From Amoebidium appalachense (Eukaryota > Protista > Ichthyosporea), in the NCBI GenBank assembly GCA_963693365.1, contig CAVNZM010000007.1, positions 8,925,962 through 8,989,961 of the forward strand: 64,000 nucleotides of DNA, given 5' to 3'. A program made the translations under genes and the position numbers. Of this stretch, positions 1-11,810 are shown one piece after another; the first letter of the stretch is position 1, and every line of letters starts with the position of its first letter. The notes beneath the pieces are model-generated. The model saw only the letters and a program-made list of their open reading frames with translations. It was not told the DNA's origin and did no database searches.

Positions 1-1862
1 CTGTCGTCTAAAATAGCAAGAGCGAGATTGGTGCGCTGTCGCTCGTATGGGCTGGGAAAGCATACCTTGGCTGTGAGTTTTGGGGCTAATGTGACCAAGA
101 GATCCACCTGGGAAAAGTGAATGGAGCGAAAGTGGTTAAAATCGGCACAGCCCCCAGGAACAACACCACGCGGAAAGTTCTCGTCGAAGAAATCAGGAAA
201 ATAGAATTTGGTTGCGGCTAGCCAATTGTTGCGTATAGTCTTGCAGAGGTGGTTGGTATCGTGAAGAAGAAACAAAGGATAACCGTCCAAAAAGGGGTGA
301 GGAATACGAACTGGAAGGCCCTTTTTCGTGTCGACCCCGGCCTCCCGAGCGAGGGCATAAAAAGAGCTGCTGTTTGTTCTATTTCCGTCGGCGACAATTA
401 TTATGGGAAGAAAGCCCGCGCGCACCGCTAGTTGAATGCTACTCTTGGTCCCCTCCTTGAGGAAATTTGCGTCCTGGCCCTGCACCGGGTATAGAAGGAG
501 TGTTTCCCGAAATTTTCCTCGAATAGAAGAAAGGTAGAATGACTGGACTTGCTTGGCCGATTCCGTTTGTTTGTTAACAGCTGCACCAACAAGGATACCC
601 CAGCAAAAATCGGTGGAATTGGTCATGTGGATCTCGTCGGACTGTATCATGCAAAGCAACTCGTGCGGTTCACACTGCTGTTTGCGTGTTGAAAGGTATA
701 AGAGGTTGGCACCGTCCGGAGAAAGGGCGGCGGTTGGAGAAAGACCGTTGGTTTTGCGATCTAGTGTGCGATCGTCCGGAAGTACTAGAAAGCCGCTGCG
801 GGATAGTGCACGGTAGGCCGTGTGTGATCGTGAGCGTAGCTCGAGGGAAAATAAAAACGTGTTGGTTTCGTACCTCCGGTTGTTCTTTGGGACTGAAAAC
901 AAACGGAGCTGTTCGCAGATGAACCCGAAAAAGCGTGCCTCCTGCTCGCATTCGTCCGACTCCGCTTCCTCGACTAGCTCCCGGAGATGTTGCTCCAGAA
1001 ATTCTCTGGCAAGCGCTAGAGGAGGGCGCGGCAGCACCGCCTTTATCTGCTCACGCTCGCTCCCAATGCCTACTGTCGTTGGCTTTGCTGAGTTGGCCTT
1101 CTCCTTGCACGAATGAAGTAACTGGTACAACTCGGACCACCGAGATATAGAATGTGACGTGTGCGAGTCAATCGAAACCGAATAAGATGTAGCCCCAAAC
1201 ACAGACGGTGTGTGCACAACAGGCACTGCAGAAAGGTTATGATCAACAGTTACCACTGCCCCCACAAAGGGAAAGGGCACCCCGCCGGGAAATGACGGGG
1301 TAACTGTTGTCAGCAGTACCGCTTGTATGCTTTCACTGCTCGCTTGTGTGACTTGCCAGAGCCCCAGCGTGCCTACGCTATTTAGACGGTCTAAGAAGTT
1401 GTCGCACAACTCGCTGAACGAGTGTATGGTGTCAAGTTGTTCTAGCCGGGCCTTCTCAGCCTCTTCCTGGAGCTTTGCTCGTTTGTTTTGCTCTTCTCGT
1501 CTATCCTCTGGGTTTCTCCTGGGTGTCTTTTCCTCTATGACTATATTCAGTTCTGTGTTGAAAATGCAAGGAATCTGATTCTCTTTGCACCTCGGGTGGG
1601 AATGTTTAATAAACCGAGATATATCTGTTTTAGGATCTTTGTAGTCAAAACCTAGGTCAAGTTGTTCGGGCCTAAAATGTTTGATACAAATACCTATACA
1701 GCTTGTGTTACTATTTACCGTTAAGTCTTGGCGTTTGCAGAAACTGACCCACTTGTGAAAACGCTCCGGCTCTTTAGTTTTGTTAGGAAAAGCAAAACAA
1801 GATGCACTCTCGTGCCCTTTGTAATTAGTTGTGCAGCCGTAGACAGCACAAGATCTTGGCAT
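1..1862 (-). CDS. THAP-domain P-element superfamily (THAP9-like) transposase; 3' end runs off the window
   Basis: Manual translation from ATG at 1862 stays open to the window edge (>620 aa). N-terminal THAP finger MPRSCAVYGC...FPNK...KW...ICIKHF...QIPCIF, then RRYETNTFLFSLELRSRSHTAYRALSRSGFLVLP, catalytic-region motifs CMIQSDEIHM, IIVADGNRTN, LHDTNHLCKTIRNNW and APKLTAKVCFPSPYERQRTNLAL. Not in the ORF track because no stop lies inside the window. Confidence 0.92.
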   Translation of the reverse strand, partial: MPRSCAVYGCTTNYKGHESASCFAFPNKTKEPERFHKWVSFCKRQDLTVNSNTSCIGICIKHFRPEQLDLGFDYKDPKTDISRFIKHSHPRCKENQIPCIFNTELNIVIEEKTPRRNPEDRREEQNKRAKLQEEAEKARLEQLDTIHSFSELCDNFLDRLNSVGTLGLWQVTQASSESIQAVLLTTVTPSFPGGVPFPFVGAVVTVDHNLSAVPVVHTPSVFGATSYSVSIDSHTSHSISRWSELYQLLHSCKEKANSAKPTTVGIGSEREQIKAVLPRPPLALAREFLEQHLRELVEEAESDECEQEARFFGFICEQLRLFSVPKNNRRYETNTFLFSLELRSRSHTAYRALSRSGFLVLPDDRTLDRKTNGLSPTAALSPDGANLLYLSTRKQQCEPHELLCMIQSDEIHMTNSTDFCWGILVGAAVNKQTESAKQVQSFYLSSIRGKFRETLLLYPVQGQDANFLKEGTKSSIQLAVRAGFLPIIIVADGNRTNSSSFYALAREAGVDTKKGLPVRIPHPFLDGYPLFLLHDTNHLCKTIRNNWLAATKFYFPDFFDENFPRGVVPGGCADFNHFRSIHFSQVDLLVTLAPKLTAKVCFPSPYERQRTNLALAILDD

Positions 1863-2481
1863 CTGCGTAGCGGCTGGGCGTGGCCAAAGTGGCACTGCCC
1901 AGCCTTTTTTATATATAATGCAGGAGCACTTCACGTAAAGTGGTGGCAAAGAAATAGTTACTTTTCCACGTGTAGCAGCAACACAAGCGGCCGGCACACA
2001 GCCCCCTAGATCACAACGAGAGATCGATGGGGATTGATGAAATAATTGTACTTACGTCAACTTAAAGTCTTAACCCCTTAAAATAACTCCCTAAAATATT
2101 TTAAAAGCCAACAAAAACGGCATAAACCATTTACATGTTACATAAATAAGCGCTTTGACGTATTTGTTATTTCATAAAGCTATTAAAACAGACTAGATAC
2201 TAATATTGTTGGTTTTGCCTTATCCTTAATGTTGGTACCCCACAATTTCCCGAGTATACAAAGAACACCAAAAGCCCGCCATTTGCTGTATTGTCCAATC
2301 ACAAAATGGCAGTCAAAAACCTCCTATCCAATCGAAATCGCCTTTACTGGGTTTCGCGCGTTCCTCAGTTGGCCAATCATTTCGCTGATCTCGGCTGGAA
2401 GCTAACCCTACTCTTGATGACATCATCTCTCATATGTGACGACCCCGTGCCTCGGCCCGGTGTGGTATTTAGGAGGCCTTG
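1..2481 (-). mobile_element. P-element DNA transposon, 5' part; 5' boundary tentative
   Basis: Contains the transposase ORF. Unique sequence ends at ~2481, reading CAAGGCCTCCTAAATACC on the minus strand, before a (GT)n tract. The partner TIR is outside the window, so the boundary is unverified. Confidence 0.5.
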
Positions 2482-2614
2482 GTGTGTGTGCATGTCTGTG
2501 TGCATCGTGTGTGTTGTGTGTGTGTGGGCGTGCATGTCTGTGCATGTGTGCATGTGCTCGGTGGAGAGGGAAGGGGAAGGGGGGGATTCGTGTCCGTGCA
2601 TGTGTGCATGTGTG

Positions 2615-2661
<47 letters not shown>

Positions 2662-2734
2662 ATGTATGTGTGTGTGTATGTGCTCAGTTGAGAGGGAAGG
2701 GGAGGGGGGGGTGCACCGTGTGTGTGCATGTGGG

Positions 2735-3470
2735 CATGTTAATGCAAAGTACACACGGGGGAGTCCGTAGAATTTTTTTCCCGACGGAGGGGGGGGGGGA
2801 CGTGATCGGGGAATTTCAGTGTTTTCTCCAGTCCCGCATGCAACATACCAGCCTTCGTATTCAAAAAACCCAAACACCATTTCCTTTAGCAAGTAGCTGA
2901 CTTTCTCACCACCAAACGTAGATGGGGGTGGGGGGGAGTGCCCACGTTCACCCACACATCCCCACGGGCATTTGCCAGCCCATCAAGGGGGGTCCAAGAG
3001 GGGGGGGGGGGGGGGGGGGGGGGGGGAGGGGGGGTGATTCTATAGTGTGCATGTGGAGGGAAAAAACGTGCAAAAACCCTCAGAATGGACGGATTTCGAT
3101 GCAGTTTTTTTTTGTTTTCCCAATGGGAAGGTATGTTAATGCAAAGTACACACGGGGGAGTCCGTAGGATTTTTTCCCGACGGAGGGGGGAACGTGATCG
3201 GGGAATTTCAAGACGAAAAATCTAAAATCTCAATATCTGCCAAAACCCTCCGAATGGACGGGGGGGGGGGGGGGGGGGGGGGGGGGGGAAGGGGGGGGGG
3301 GGGGGGGAGGCATCAAACGTGATGGCTCACACACCCCCACTGAAATTTGCTGGCCCCATAGGTGGGGTCCATGGGGGGGGGGGGTCATTGTATAGTGTGC
3401 TTTTTTTTTGTGGGGGGGGGGGGGGGGGGGGTTACACATTGGGTGGTTATTTCCAAGGCAATGGCAACGT

Positions 3471-3480
<10 letters not shown>
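2735..3480. repeat. Degenerate direct duplication, ~400-bp period
   Basis: TGTTAATGCAAAGTACACACGGGGGAGTCCGTAG...CGTGATCGGGGAATTTCA occurs at ~2737-2818 and ~3134-3210; AAAACCCTCxGAATGGACGG is also present twice. Confidence 0.7.
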
Positions 3481-3505
<25 letters not shown>

Positions 3506-4592
3506 TCCCCGGCGGGCCCGCCGCTGCGCTGCGGAAGATTACTCTGATCCACTCGAATCCTTTTGTCCCAAACACAGGCTTGCAGGATAAGAAAGGCCTG
3601 CACCTTGCAAAGCTGGATGCCTATTTGCATCAGAAGGGAACTTCGACCCCAGCCCCAGGCTTGAAGGACGTGGCAATTGCCTAAAGTTCCTGCCGCTACA
3701 GCTGCAGTTGTTCCTAGCGGGCTTAACGCCTGCTGAAGCACGGGGGACTCCACGGGGGGATCTGCCTCTTCCAGTGAAAAGAAAAATATTCCCATACAAC
3801 AGCTGCTATATTCGACTGCAAGAAGGTGAGGAGGGAGTGTATCTTAGGGTGGTGGGGTGTAAGGAGTTTTATGGTCGGCGATCCGCACTGCAGTTTCAGG
3901 TATGGTTGGCGTATTTATTCAGGACGTACTGACAAAATAGTAAGTATAGCTCTAGTATAGCGTGATGATATTCTTAGGAGCTTCCTAAGGTATGCGATAT
4001 ATATCTTTGCGTTTTTTTGCGTTTTTTTTTTTTTTTCTTTTTTTTTATTTAATTTTTTTTATTTTTTAATGTGTTTATTTAAGGTAAATTCCACGCACCG
4101 GCCACTTGCTCCGCGCAGGCATTGCACCGTTTGCCAAGGTATCTCGCCTAATTTATAGGTACCTTAAATATTATTATAACTAAAACTTCTGTATTTGGCA
4201 GTTGAATGCCCCAGTTTTACTTACATTAGACGGATCATGATTGTAATGATAACAGTGCTTCGGATTCTGGTTTGCACCCCTCCAGTAAATCTTTGTTTCC
4301 ATTGGCTATCAACGCCTCGCGCGCACCTGCGCGACGCCTTCATGTTTCATGTTTCAATAAAAGCGTACCTTGTGACGCCTTCATTGTGAATGCAGTGTGA
4401 AATTCGATCCTAAAAAACAACCAATCAAAAACTTTGGAGTGATCTATCCCACAATCAAATGTGAAATCCTTTTTCCGGCCGTATATATTGAGCTAACCCG
4501 CGCATCATGGATCGTGGTCCTGGGTAATCGGCGTTGACCGGGTGGTGAAGACGCCGTGGCTGAGGATTGCGATACGTGCTTTGCTTTTCTAT

Positions 4593-5561
4593 CCCAGGGA
4601 ACACTTAAAGATCATCTAAATCGATCCCATTAAAGCCTTAAAGAGGTCCTAAAGTAATCCTAACACAATACCTAATTGCAACTCTGAACATCTTTAAGCT
4701 ACCCCAAATAGGGCGTGAAGATCGCAGAAAGGTATCACCAATACTTGCCTAAGATTGCGTTAGCATATCACATGCACAGGCATGGCCTGTCTTGAAGATA
4801 TAATTTGGATGGCCAATAGCGATACAAAAGAACTCTCCAAAGATCTCCTTAGATGATCCACTGCCTAGCTGTGATATATCCTGACGACATTCTAACGCAA
4901 TCAGTTCGTTTCGCAAATGTTGCATGGCCATACGGGATTAAGAGAGGATAAAGATTGTACTAAGATCTCCGCAGTACATCTTTAACATATCTCTACGCCC
5001 ATCCCACGAGCGCCTTGCGTCAACTTACTTGCGTGTATAATGCATCTTACACACATCTATATTATTAATATGTATCGGTATCTCTCATAGACATCCTGTA
5101 GAATGAGTGCAGACGTCTTTAGGACATCTGTTAACTACCCCATGTTCCGGGATGATAAAAATATGTCCTCAATCCGTCCAAGATATCTTTAAGACGTAAA
5201 AGACATGAAAACCCGAAAGACGTCTTTCATATATCTCGTATGCATCCGCAACCCATCAGACAATTTAATGGGGGGTTAAGGACATCCGGACTTGTGCTGA
5301 TGGGTATAAGTGCACTTCCAGGTGTCTGTATGACATCTTGTCAGACGACTTTACTACGTCTTGCAGATGTCCACTGTCTTGAATCCGTGCCAGACGTATT
5401 TAATATATATGGGATGTGTTTCAGACGCCTTGCCATCCTGAAATTCCGGGTTATCCTAAACCCGTCCTAAGCTATCTTTTAGATATATTAACGACGATAG
5501 GACGTCCTAAAGTCGTACAAGACAGGTTTCGGATGGGGGGTGATCTTTGCTGATGTTCCCT
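4593..5561. mobile_element. Non-autonomous TIR element, CACTA/EnSpm-like (CCCAG-type end) with internal short palindromic repeats
   Basis: Left end CCCAGGGAACACTTAAAGATCATC (4593-4616) imperfectly matches the reverse complement of 5539-5561 (AGGGAACATCAGCAAAGATCACC). Interior has many AGACGTCT/AGATATCT/GGACGTCC/GACATCT palindrome variants and no coding capacity. The terminal GGG of the right TIR is missing. Confidence 0.55.
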
Positions 5562-5579
5562 TCCACCCTGCGCATAGTG

Positions 5580-8500
5580 TGCAATCACTCTTGTCTGTAA
5601 ATGGCAGCCCGGCTGCAAGGTGCTGTTAACAAATCTGACTGAAAAGCATGTGTATTTGAAGCCTGGTACCCAGGTGGCAGCACTAGAGCCATTGGTTGAG
5701 GGTGATATGCTCACTGTTTTGGTCGATGTGTCCGGGTCCCCAGCTGCAGAGAAGACTGGTGTGGAGGCCGTTGGGTCAGACTCACCGTCAGGCTCTGTTG
5801 GTGGACAAGTGTTTGCTGCTGCTGCGCCGGCGGCTGCAGACAAACCTCCGACGGGTGGAGCCACAGTGGGGGGATCAGGGACCACTGGGGCTACTGGGGA
5901 CAACATTATTATTGGTGAGGGTGGCCGCGTACACGCTAGTGTGCCTGCACGTGTGTACAGGCAGGGGCGCGCGCGCACGGAGACTGTGCAGCCGTGGCTG
6001 TCAAAGAAGAAGGCCAGAGGCCGACTTGCTTTTGCAGCTAGGGCCAGGCACCCAGGGTCGCAGGCGCCTGGTGCTCCAGCCCCTACCAGCACTAGTAATG
6101 TTGCAGGTCCCGGGCAGGGGCAGGTTTCCTCTCCTCAAAACGAACATGTGCATTCCGATCGGAATCTCGAGTTCTCATTGGCTGAGGGTACCTTCGGGCC
6201 GGCCGCTTCATCCTCTGAGGGAGGAGTTGGGCCGTGGCATATAAGGGAGGACACTCAGGCCTGGGGCAGTGTGAGGGAGTATGTGCCGGGGATACTGAAG
6301 CATCTGGCCCAGGGGAAGAGACTGATGTGCAGTGTGCAGGGGCCCGCCATGCACGAGGTCAGTCTGGTGGTAGTCAGCCGGGCGCACCAGGAGCCAATCA
6401 GATTGCAGCAGGGGTGAGCCACGTGCCCACAGCCTCTGCATCTGATGCCGACTCAGGGGGCACCGAGGATGAATTACCACCGGGCGTGGAGGACCCAGAG
6501 ACTATCCCCCTTCCTGATCTGACACCTGCGGAGAGCAAGAGATTCGCTAAGCGCATTCGGAGGTTGCTTAGCAGATGGAAGCACGTGTTTTCTGCACACG
6601 AGCATGACTATGGCAAGTCCAATGTGGCAACGCTGAAGATAGAGTTAACCACAAATGAACCACAGTATCGGCCTCCATACAAAATTCCACACCATATCCG
6701 GGATCAAGTGTGGAAGCAACTTCAAGTATGGTTGGCTGGGGGGGTCATTGAGCCGTCCACCTCTCCCTACTCTGCACCCATGGTCTTAGTGCGTAAAAAG
6801 GATGGGAGCGTAAGAGTGTGCCTGGATTTTCGGAAAATAAATTCATGCACTGTGAGGGATGGCTACCCCCTACCCCGCATAGACACTTCTCTCGATGTGT
6901 TGCGTGGGGCGCGCTGGTTCAATGTGTTTGACCTCTATGGCGGCTATCACCAAATTGAGGTGGATCCAGAAACACGGCCTAAGTTAGCTTTTACTACGCC
7001 GTGGGGTCACTATCAGTTTTGTCGCGCACCCTTTGGGGTTACGAATATGCCGTCTGTATTCAGCCGCGCCATGAATACCGTATTCGCGGGCATGCTGTGG
7101 GTTCATTTGCTTGTGTATATCGATGACCTTCTTCTGTTCACCCCGGATTTGGAAAGTCACTTAACCCTCTTAGAAGAAGTTTTCAGGCGGCTGTCCGCGG
7201 CTGGTCTAAAGCTAAAGGGGTCCAAGTGCCACTTTTTCCGGACAGAGGTGGCGTATTTAGGCCATCGTGTGGGCAGAGATGGTATTAAGGTTGATGACGG
7301 GAAAATCGCTGTGATACGCGATAAGCAGGCACCCACTTCTGTGTCCGAATTAAGGAGTGATTTGGGTCTGTTTTCGTATTACAGAAGGTTTGTTCCGAAT
7401 ATGAGTGACCTGGCCGAGCCGCTAACGCGCATGTTGGGTGATAGCCCACAGGATAAGCAGTTGCGCAAAAAGATTCACGGGAATGAGCCCCCCACATCTA
7501 GTGCGCGACGGAAGCGGAATGGCACGGCCAAGGAGAAGGCTAGGCAAGCCCGTACTGCTGCAGCAGATGAAAGCACAGAGGTTATTGGGCAAGCCGAATC
7601 AGAGGTTGTGGTGAGCGCACCGGGCGAGAATATTCATGCGAATATTCCAGCGAATAATTCGCGCACACGTGCGAATACGCGCAAACATGTCTATTTTGTG
7701 TGGGGTGAGGAGCAGCAACGTGCATTTGATGCCCTAAAGCATGCTCTCACACATGCCCCCGTGTTGGCTCATCCAAACTTCGACAAGCCTTTCATTGTGG
7801 ACTCCGATGCTAGCAATGTGGCGCTTGGTGCGGTGCTGTCGCAGGTGGGAGATGACGGGCAGGAGCACCCCGTTGCTTATGCCTCCCGCACGCTCAGTAA
7901 GAGCGAGCGCAATTATTCCGCCACCAAGAGAGAGGGTTTGGGCATCTATTGGGCTGTGTGCAAAGCCTTTCATCAGTATACCTACGGGAAGCCATTTATT
8001 TTGCGCACAGACCATTCTTCGCTGACTTCCATATATGGTAACGGGGATGCCCCCGAGCCCATTGTTGCTGGCTGGCAGATGGCCCTGTCTGCATACACCT
8101 ATGACATCCACCATCGTGCTAAGAAGGACCACAGCAATGCAGACGGCATTTCACGGCCTTCCAGCGCGAATTTGGTGCCCAGCGAAGATGATCCGGATCT
8201 GACTTTTCCTTCGCTGATTGGGTGTGTGCACGGAGATGACCACAGTGATTTTGTGCCAGACACCGTTGTGTTTCCTGCGCTCGTGGTGACGCGTGGGCGG
8301 GCACGTGCGGACGGTGGTGCTGATGCACCCACCCACAAACCCGCGTCAGCGGCGCGCACACAGAAGCGCAAGCGCACGTCAGGGGTTAAGGGTGGACCGG
8401 GGGAGGGTGCGCATGCCACTGCAGACCCCACCCCCACCCCCCCTCTGGCTGAGCATATCTCTGATGCTGCACGTGATCATACCCATGGGTTGAAGGTGAA

Positions 8501-10156
8501 TACTTCCCGCGAGTTACGCGCGCTTACTATCCCACAGTTGCCGGGTATGCCTACTGTGGAGGAAATTAAGGCGGCGCAAAATGCAGATCCGTTTTTGTGC
8601 AGTATTCGTGATTACCTCAGCAACCCCACCGCGCCGGCACAGGTGGATGGAAGTGTTGCTTTAGAGGCAAGCAGATGCACGGTTTATAAGGGGGTGGTGT
8701 ATGTGTGGACACCGGAGCAGCGTGCGACTCGTCGCCCTTCGCTGCTGCCACAGGTCTGGGTCCCCGAGTCTTTAAGGGCACAGATTCTTGCGGCTTGCCA
8801 CGATGCCCCCACAGCCGGGCATCTTGATGCCCAGCGCACGTTTCATCGCATTTGGTCTTCGTTTTGGTGGCCGGGGATGTGGCATCAGGTCGTGCGGTAT
8901 GTGAATTCGTGCGATAGGTGCCAGCGGCGCAAAACGCCACGCTTGCAGGGCCGCTTGCCCGTGCAGCGCGGTTTCGCACCGCAGTACCCCTTTCAGTATG
9001 TGGCCATGGATGTGACCGTCTTGCCACCAGCGAAGAGCGGGAAGCAGTATATCCTTGTGTTCATAGACATGTTCACACGGTGGGCTGAGTTGGTGATGTT
9101 CGATCATCCACCCACCGCAGAGGATATCGCTAATGCTTTCCACGACTATGTTTTCGCGCGACACGGACCACCCGAGTTTGTGCTGTCGGATAATGGGTCG
9201 AATATTTCTGCGCAGCTGGTTAAGGATGTGTTAACCCTCCTAACTAGTCGCCAGATCCTCGCGTCACCCTACTCCCCCCAGACAAATGGGCTGGTTGAAC
9301 GGTTCAATCGCACCCTTAAGAGTATTCTTGCGCAAGTGGCTGCACTGATAAGTTAACGGAGTGGGACACGTTTTTGCCCCAGGTGCTGTTTGCCTACCAC
9401 ACGGCTATGCACTCCGCACTGGGCGACAGTTCTTTCTTCCTTTCGTATGGCCGGGACCCCCGTGACCCCTTTGTGGAGAAACTGGGCCCCGAGTACAGCG
9501 GCGCCACTAAGGAGCATCGGTATGCACTCTGGGAGCGATTGACCTATGCGCGCGATGTGGTTCGTGCACGTATGGTTACCGAGCAAGATCGGCACCGCAA
9601 ATCAGCCAATCAGAAGGCGCGGCCTGTTCCCGATTTGGCAGATTTGGTGCTCAAGCTCGACAACACCCTTAACAACAAGAAGGTGGTTGATGGTGATGGT
9701 AACCAGCTGTATGAGGCTGCTAGCCTACGGGACAAGTGGGTGGGGCCCTACCGGGTTTTGCGCAAAGTCGCGCCACTTACCTACGATATTCAGCAGGTGG
9801 GGACACAGGATGTGGAGCGTTCGCACGCTCGTTTCCTTAAACCCTATGTACCCCGCACGGATGGACCTCCTACCCCACTACCTGAGTCCCGTGTGGCAGG
9901 TGACGCTGTGACCGCGGAAGTGGCCAAGATTATTGACCATAAATGGGAAAATGGTCGCGCCCTCTACAAAGTTCGCTGGAAGGGGTTTAAGGCCACCGAT
10001 GATTCGTGGGAGTCACATGCAAACTTGTCTGAGTCGGCCTCGGGTGCCTTAGCTGATTATTTGCAGCAAGTGATTCGGCCCCCCAGTGAGGAGCCAATCA
10101 AAAATCAGCGCAAGGACACCCAACAGCATGTGCGCAAACGCAGACGTAAAGGTTGA
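5580..10156 (+). pseudogene. pol: Gypsy pol (post-protease linker, RT, RNase H, integrase, chromodomain) with at least two frameshifts
   Basis: ORF 5620: VLLTNLTEKHVYLKPGTQVAALEP linker. ORF 6234-9356: SPYSAPMVLVRKKDGSVRVCLDFRKIN, YIDDLL, DSDASNVALGAVL, HHCC (CHDAPTAGH...CDRCQ), AMDV, LSDNG, NGLVERFNRTL. After a frameshift at ~9350, ORF 9374-10156: VLFAYHT, KWVGPYRV and chromodomain VAKIIDHKWENGRALYKVRWKGFKATDDSWE. Confidence 0.93.
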
Positions 10157-10226
10157 TCCCCCTTAAGGGCAGGGCATGTGGGCACTCGGTGCAGTTGCCC
10201 TTCGTTGCCCCTAGGGAGGGGGGGGG

Positions 10227-10851
10227 TGTAGACATGGTTGTGTACATTCACGTGCACACCGTGCTGTTCCCCCACAACCAGTCTACGTGCCTTTGTGTCT
10301 TCTCGCCAGAGGCTGGAATAGAGCCTCGGAAGCAGCTACCAATCGGCTGCATCACTTTTAGCTGTATTCCTTATCAGGGCAGTTGCTCTGCACTTTAAGT
10401 ATGCAGTTAGGAGCGATGCAAAGAACGTGAACACTTTGCCAGCATGTATCTTAGGTGTACGGCACACACTGTGTGCCGTAGACACTTTATTGGGCACTAG
10501 ACATACACATGTAGCACTGTAGTATAACTTGAAGCTAGATTATGATCACCCAGGAGAAGCTCATGTACTCATGTATATGTCATGTACTTTATTTTAAGTA
10601 GGGCCACATGCCTATTGGCTGTCGCCTTACAAAAGTATGCGAGCAGTGCTCTCCGGACCGGCGGAAACCAAGGGACTATAAAAGGCTGGCACATTCCAGA
10701 CTTGGGTCACTTGGGCGGGGCTGTGTGTCCGAGTAAACGTTACACTAGTCGTGCGGTGTCAGACTAGCTGTAGCACCCGCTTTCTTGTCTCTATAATACG
10801 TGCTTCTCCTAGCCTGCATATGTTAACTAGGGCATAGTATTAGTGTATACA
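10227..10851 (+). repeat. 3' LTR of the Gypsy element (~625 bp)
   Basis: Starts TG directly after the polypurine tract AGGGAGGGGGGGGG. Ends GTATACA, an imperfect inverted match to the start TGTAGAC. TATAAAA lies at ~10677. Confidence 0.75.
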
Positions 10852-10997
10852 CACCCTGGTTTTCCACATGGAATTCCGGATATTCACATGGAATTCCGGA
10901 TCAGATCGCAGATCATTCTAGATCTTGCCGGTGGTGATGGTGGTGGCTTTGTAGTGTGTCTGTGGGTACCCGTGTGTGCCAGTGTGTGGGGAGGGAG

Positions 10998-11043
<46 letters not shown>

Positions 11044-11091
11044 TATAGCATGGGGTAATTTTGCACTTTTTTGTCCGAGCTAAGCGGATAC

Positions 11092-11322
11092 TCGTGGTGA
11101 CGTCATGCGTGGCATATGTTTCCGGCCCGGCTGTGCGAGCTGTGACGTCATACTTGGCGTGGAATAGTCCACAGGTGTATCTGTGCAAGTTGCCTGGAAG
11201 TCTATGGTCGAATATTTCATGTTCCTTTTATGATCAGAGTACCTCGTCCCATTACCATGCCAGCTCCACACATGCCTAGTCGAGCATGAGCTCCTTGTCG
11301 CACAGTAGTACTTGCGGCAACC
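11092..11322 (+). repeat. Left arm of an inverted repeat pair (TGACGTCA-rich)
   Basis: Three blocks match the reverse complement of 14128-14173, 13905-13940 and 13833-13900. Confidence 0.8.
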
Positions 11323-11810
11323 GGGGCTAACTCCCCCCTGGGTTGGGAATGGGCGGCTTGAGAAAAAATTCCACCGCATCTCAAATATCCTGTATACACG
11401 ATATTGAGGAGGGGGGAAATGTGCATCCCCCTGGTTGAGGGGGTTCGATGTCCGATATGGAGGTCCTTCATTTTCCATCTCTGACGTCATAATCCCCTTT
11501 CATTTTCCATGCACACATATAAAGACATAGCATGATATTTATTACATAATATCCGTAATAAATGCATACGATAGCATGATATTTTACTTTTTAAAATATA
11601 TGATTTCACCTTAAAGTTTTAAAACCCACTTCGGACTGGGTTTCCATGCTTTTCCATGCGAACATCTGGAGTGCTGGCCCGAAAAGCGACCCGTCGACCC
11701 TTGCCTGCGAACATACATGATCATCAGTTTGCCCAATCGCTCGCCCATTTTCATTTGCAGGAAGGAGGCCTTGCTCTAGTCTACCAAGAAGTCCGAGTCG
11801 TCAGAGAAAA

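Larger units (their letters stand above)
5562..10851 (+). mobile_element. Ty3/Gypsy chromodomain-bearing LTR retrotransposon, 5'-truncated (no 5' LTR, gag or protease)
   Basis: pol order RT-RNaseH-integrase-chromodomain, then PPT (10213-10226) and LTR TGTAGAC...GTATACA. Confidence 0.93.

Noticed and set aside
2036-2046. TGATGAAATAA resembling the Drosophila P-element TIR
   Set aside because: Short AT-rich match in the wrong orientation for the 5' end of the minus-strand element; likely chance.
3520-3932. Coding-like stretch (GLQDKKGLHLAKLDAYLHQKG...)
   Set aside because: Short frames with stops and no recognisable motif.
5564-10856. CACCC at 5564 and 10852 as a Gypsy TSD
   Set aside because: The sequence after 5568 is pol-like rather than an LTR copy, so the match is probably coincidental.
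11430-11460. B-box-like GGTTCGATGTCC (tRNA or SINE?)
   Set aside because: No A-box or cloverleaf could be built around it.
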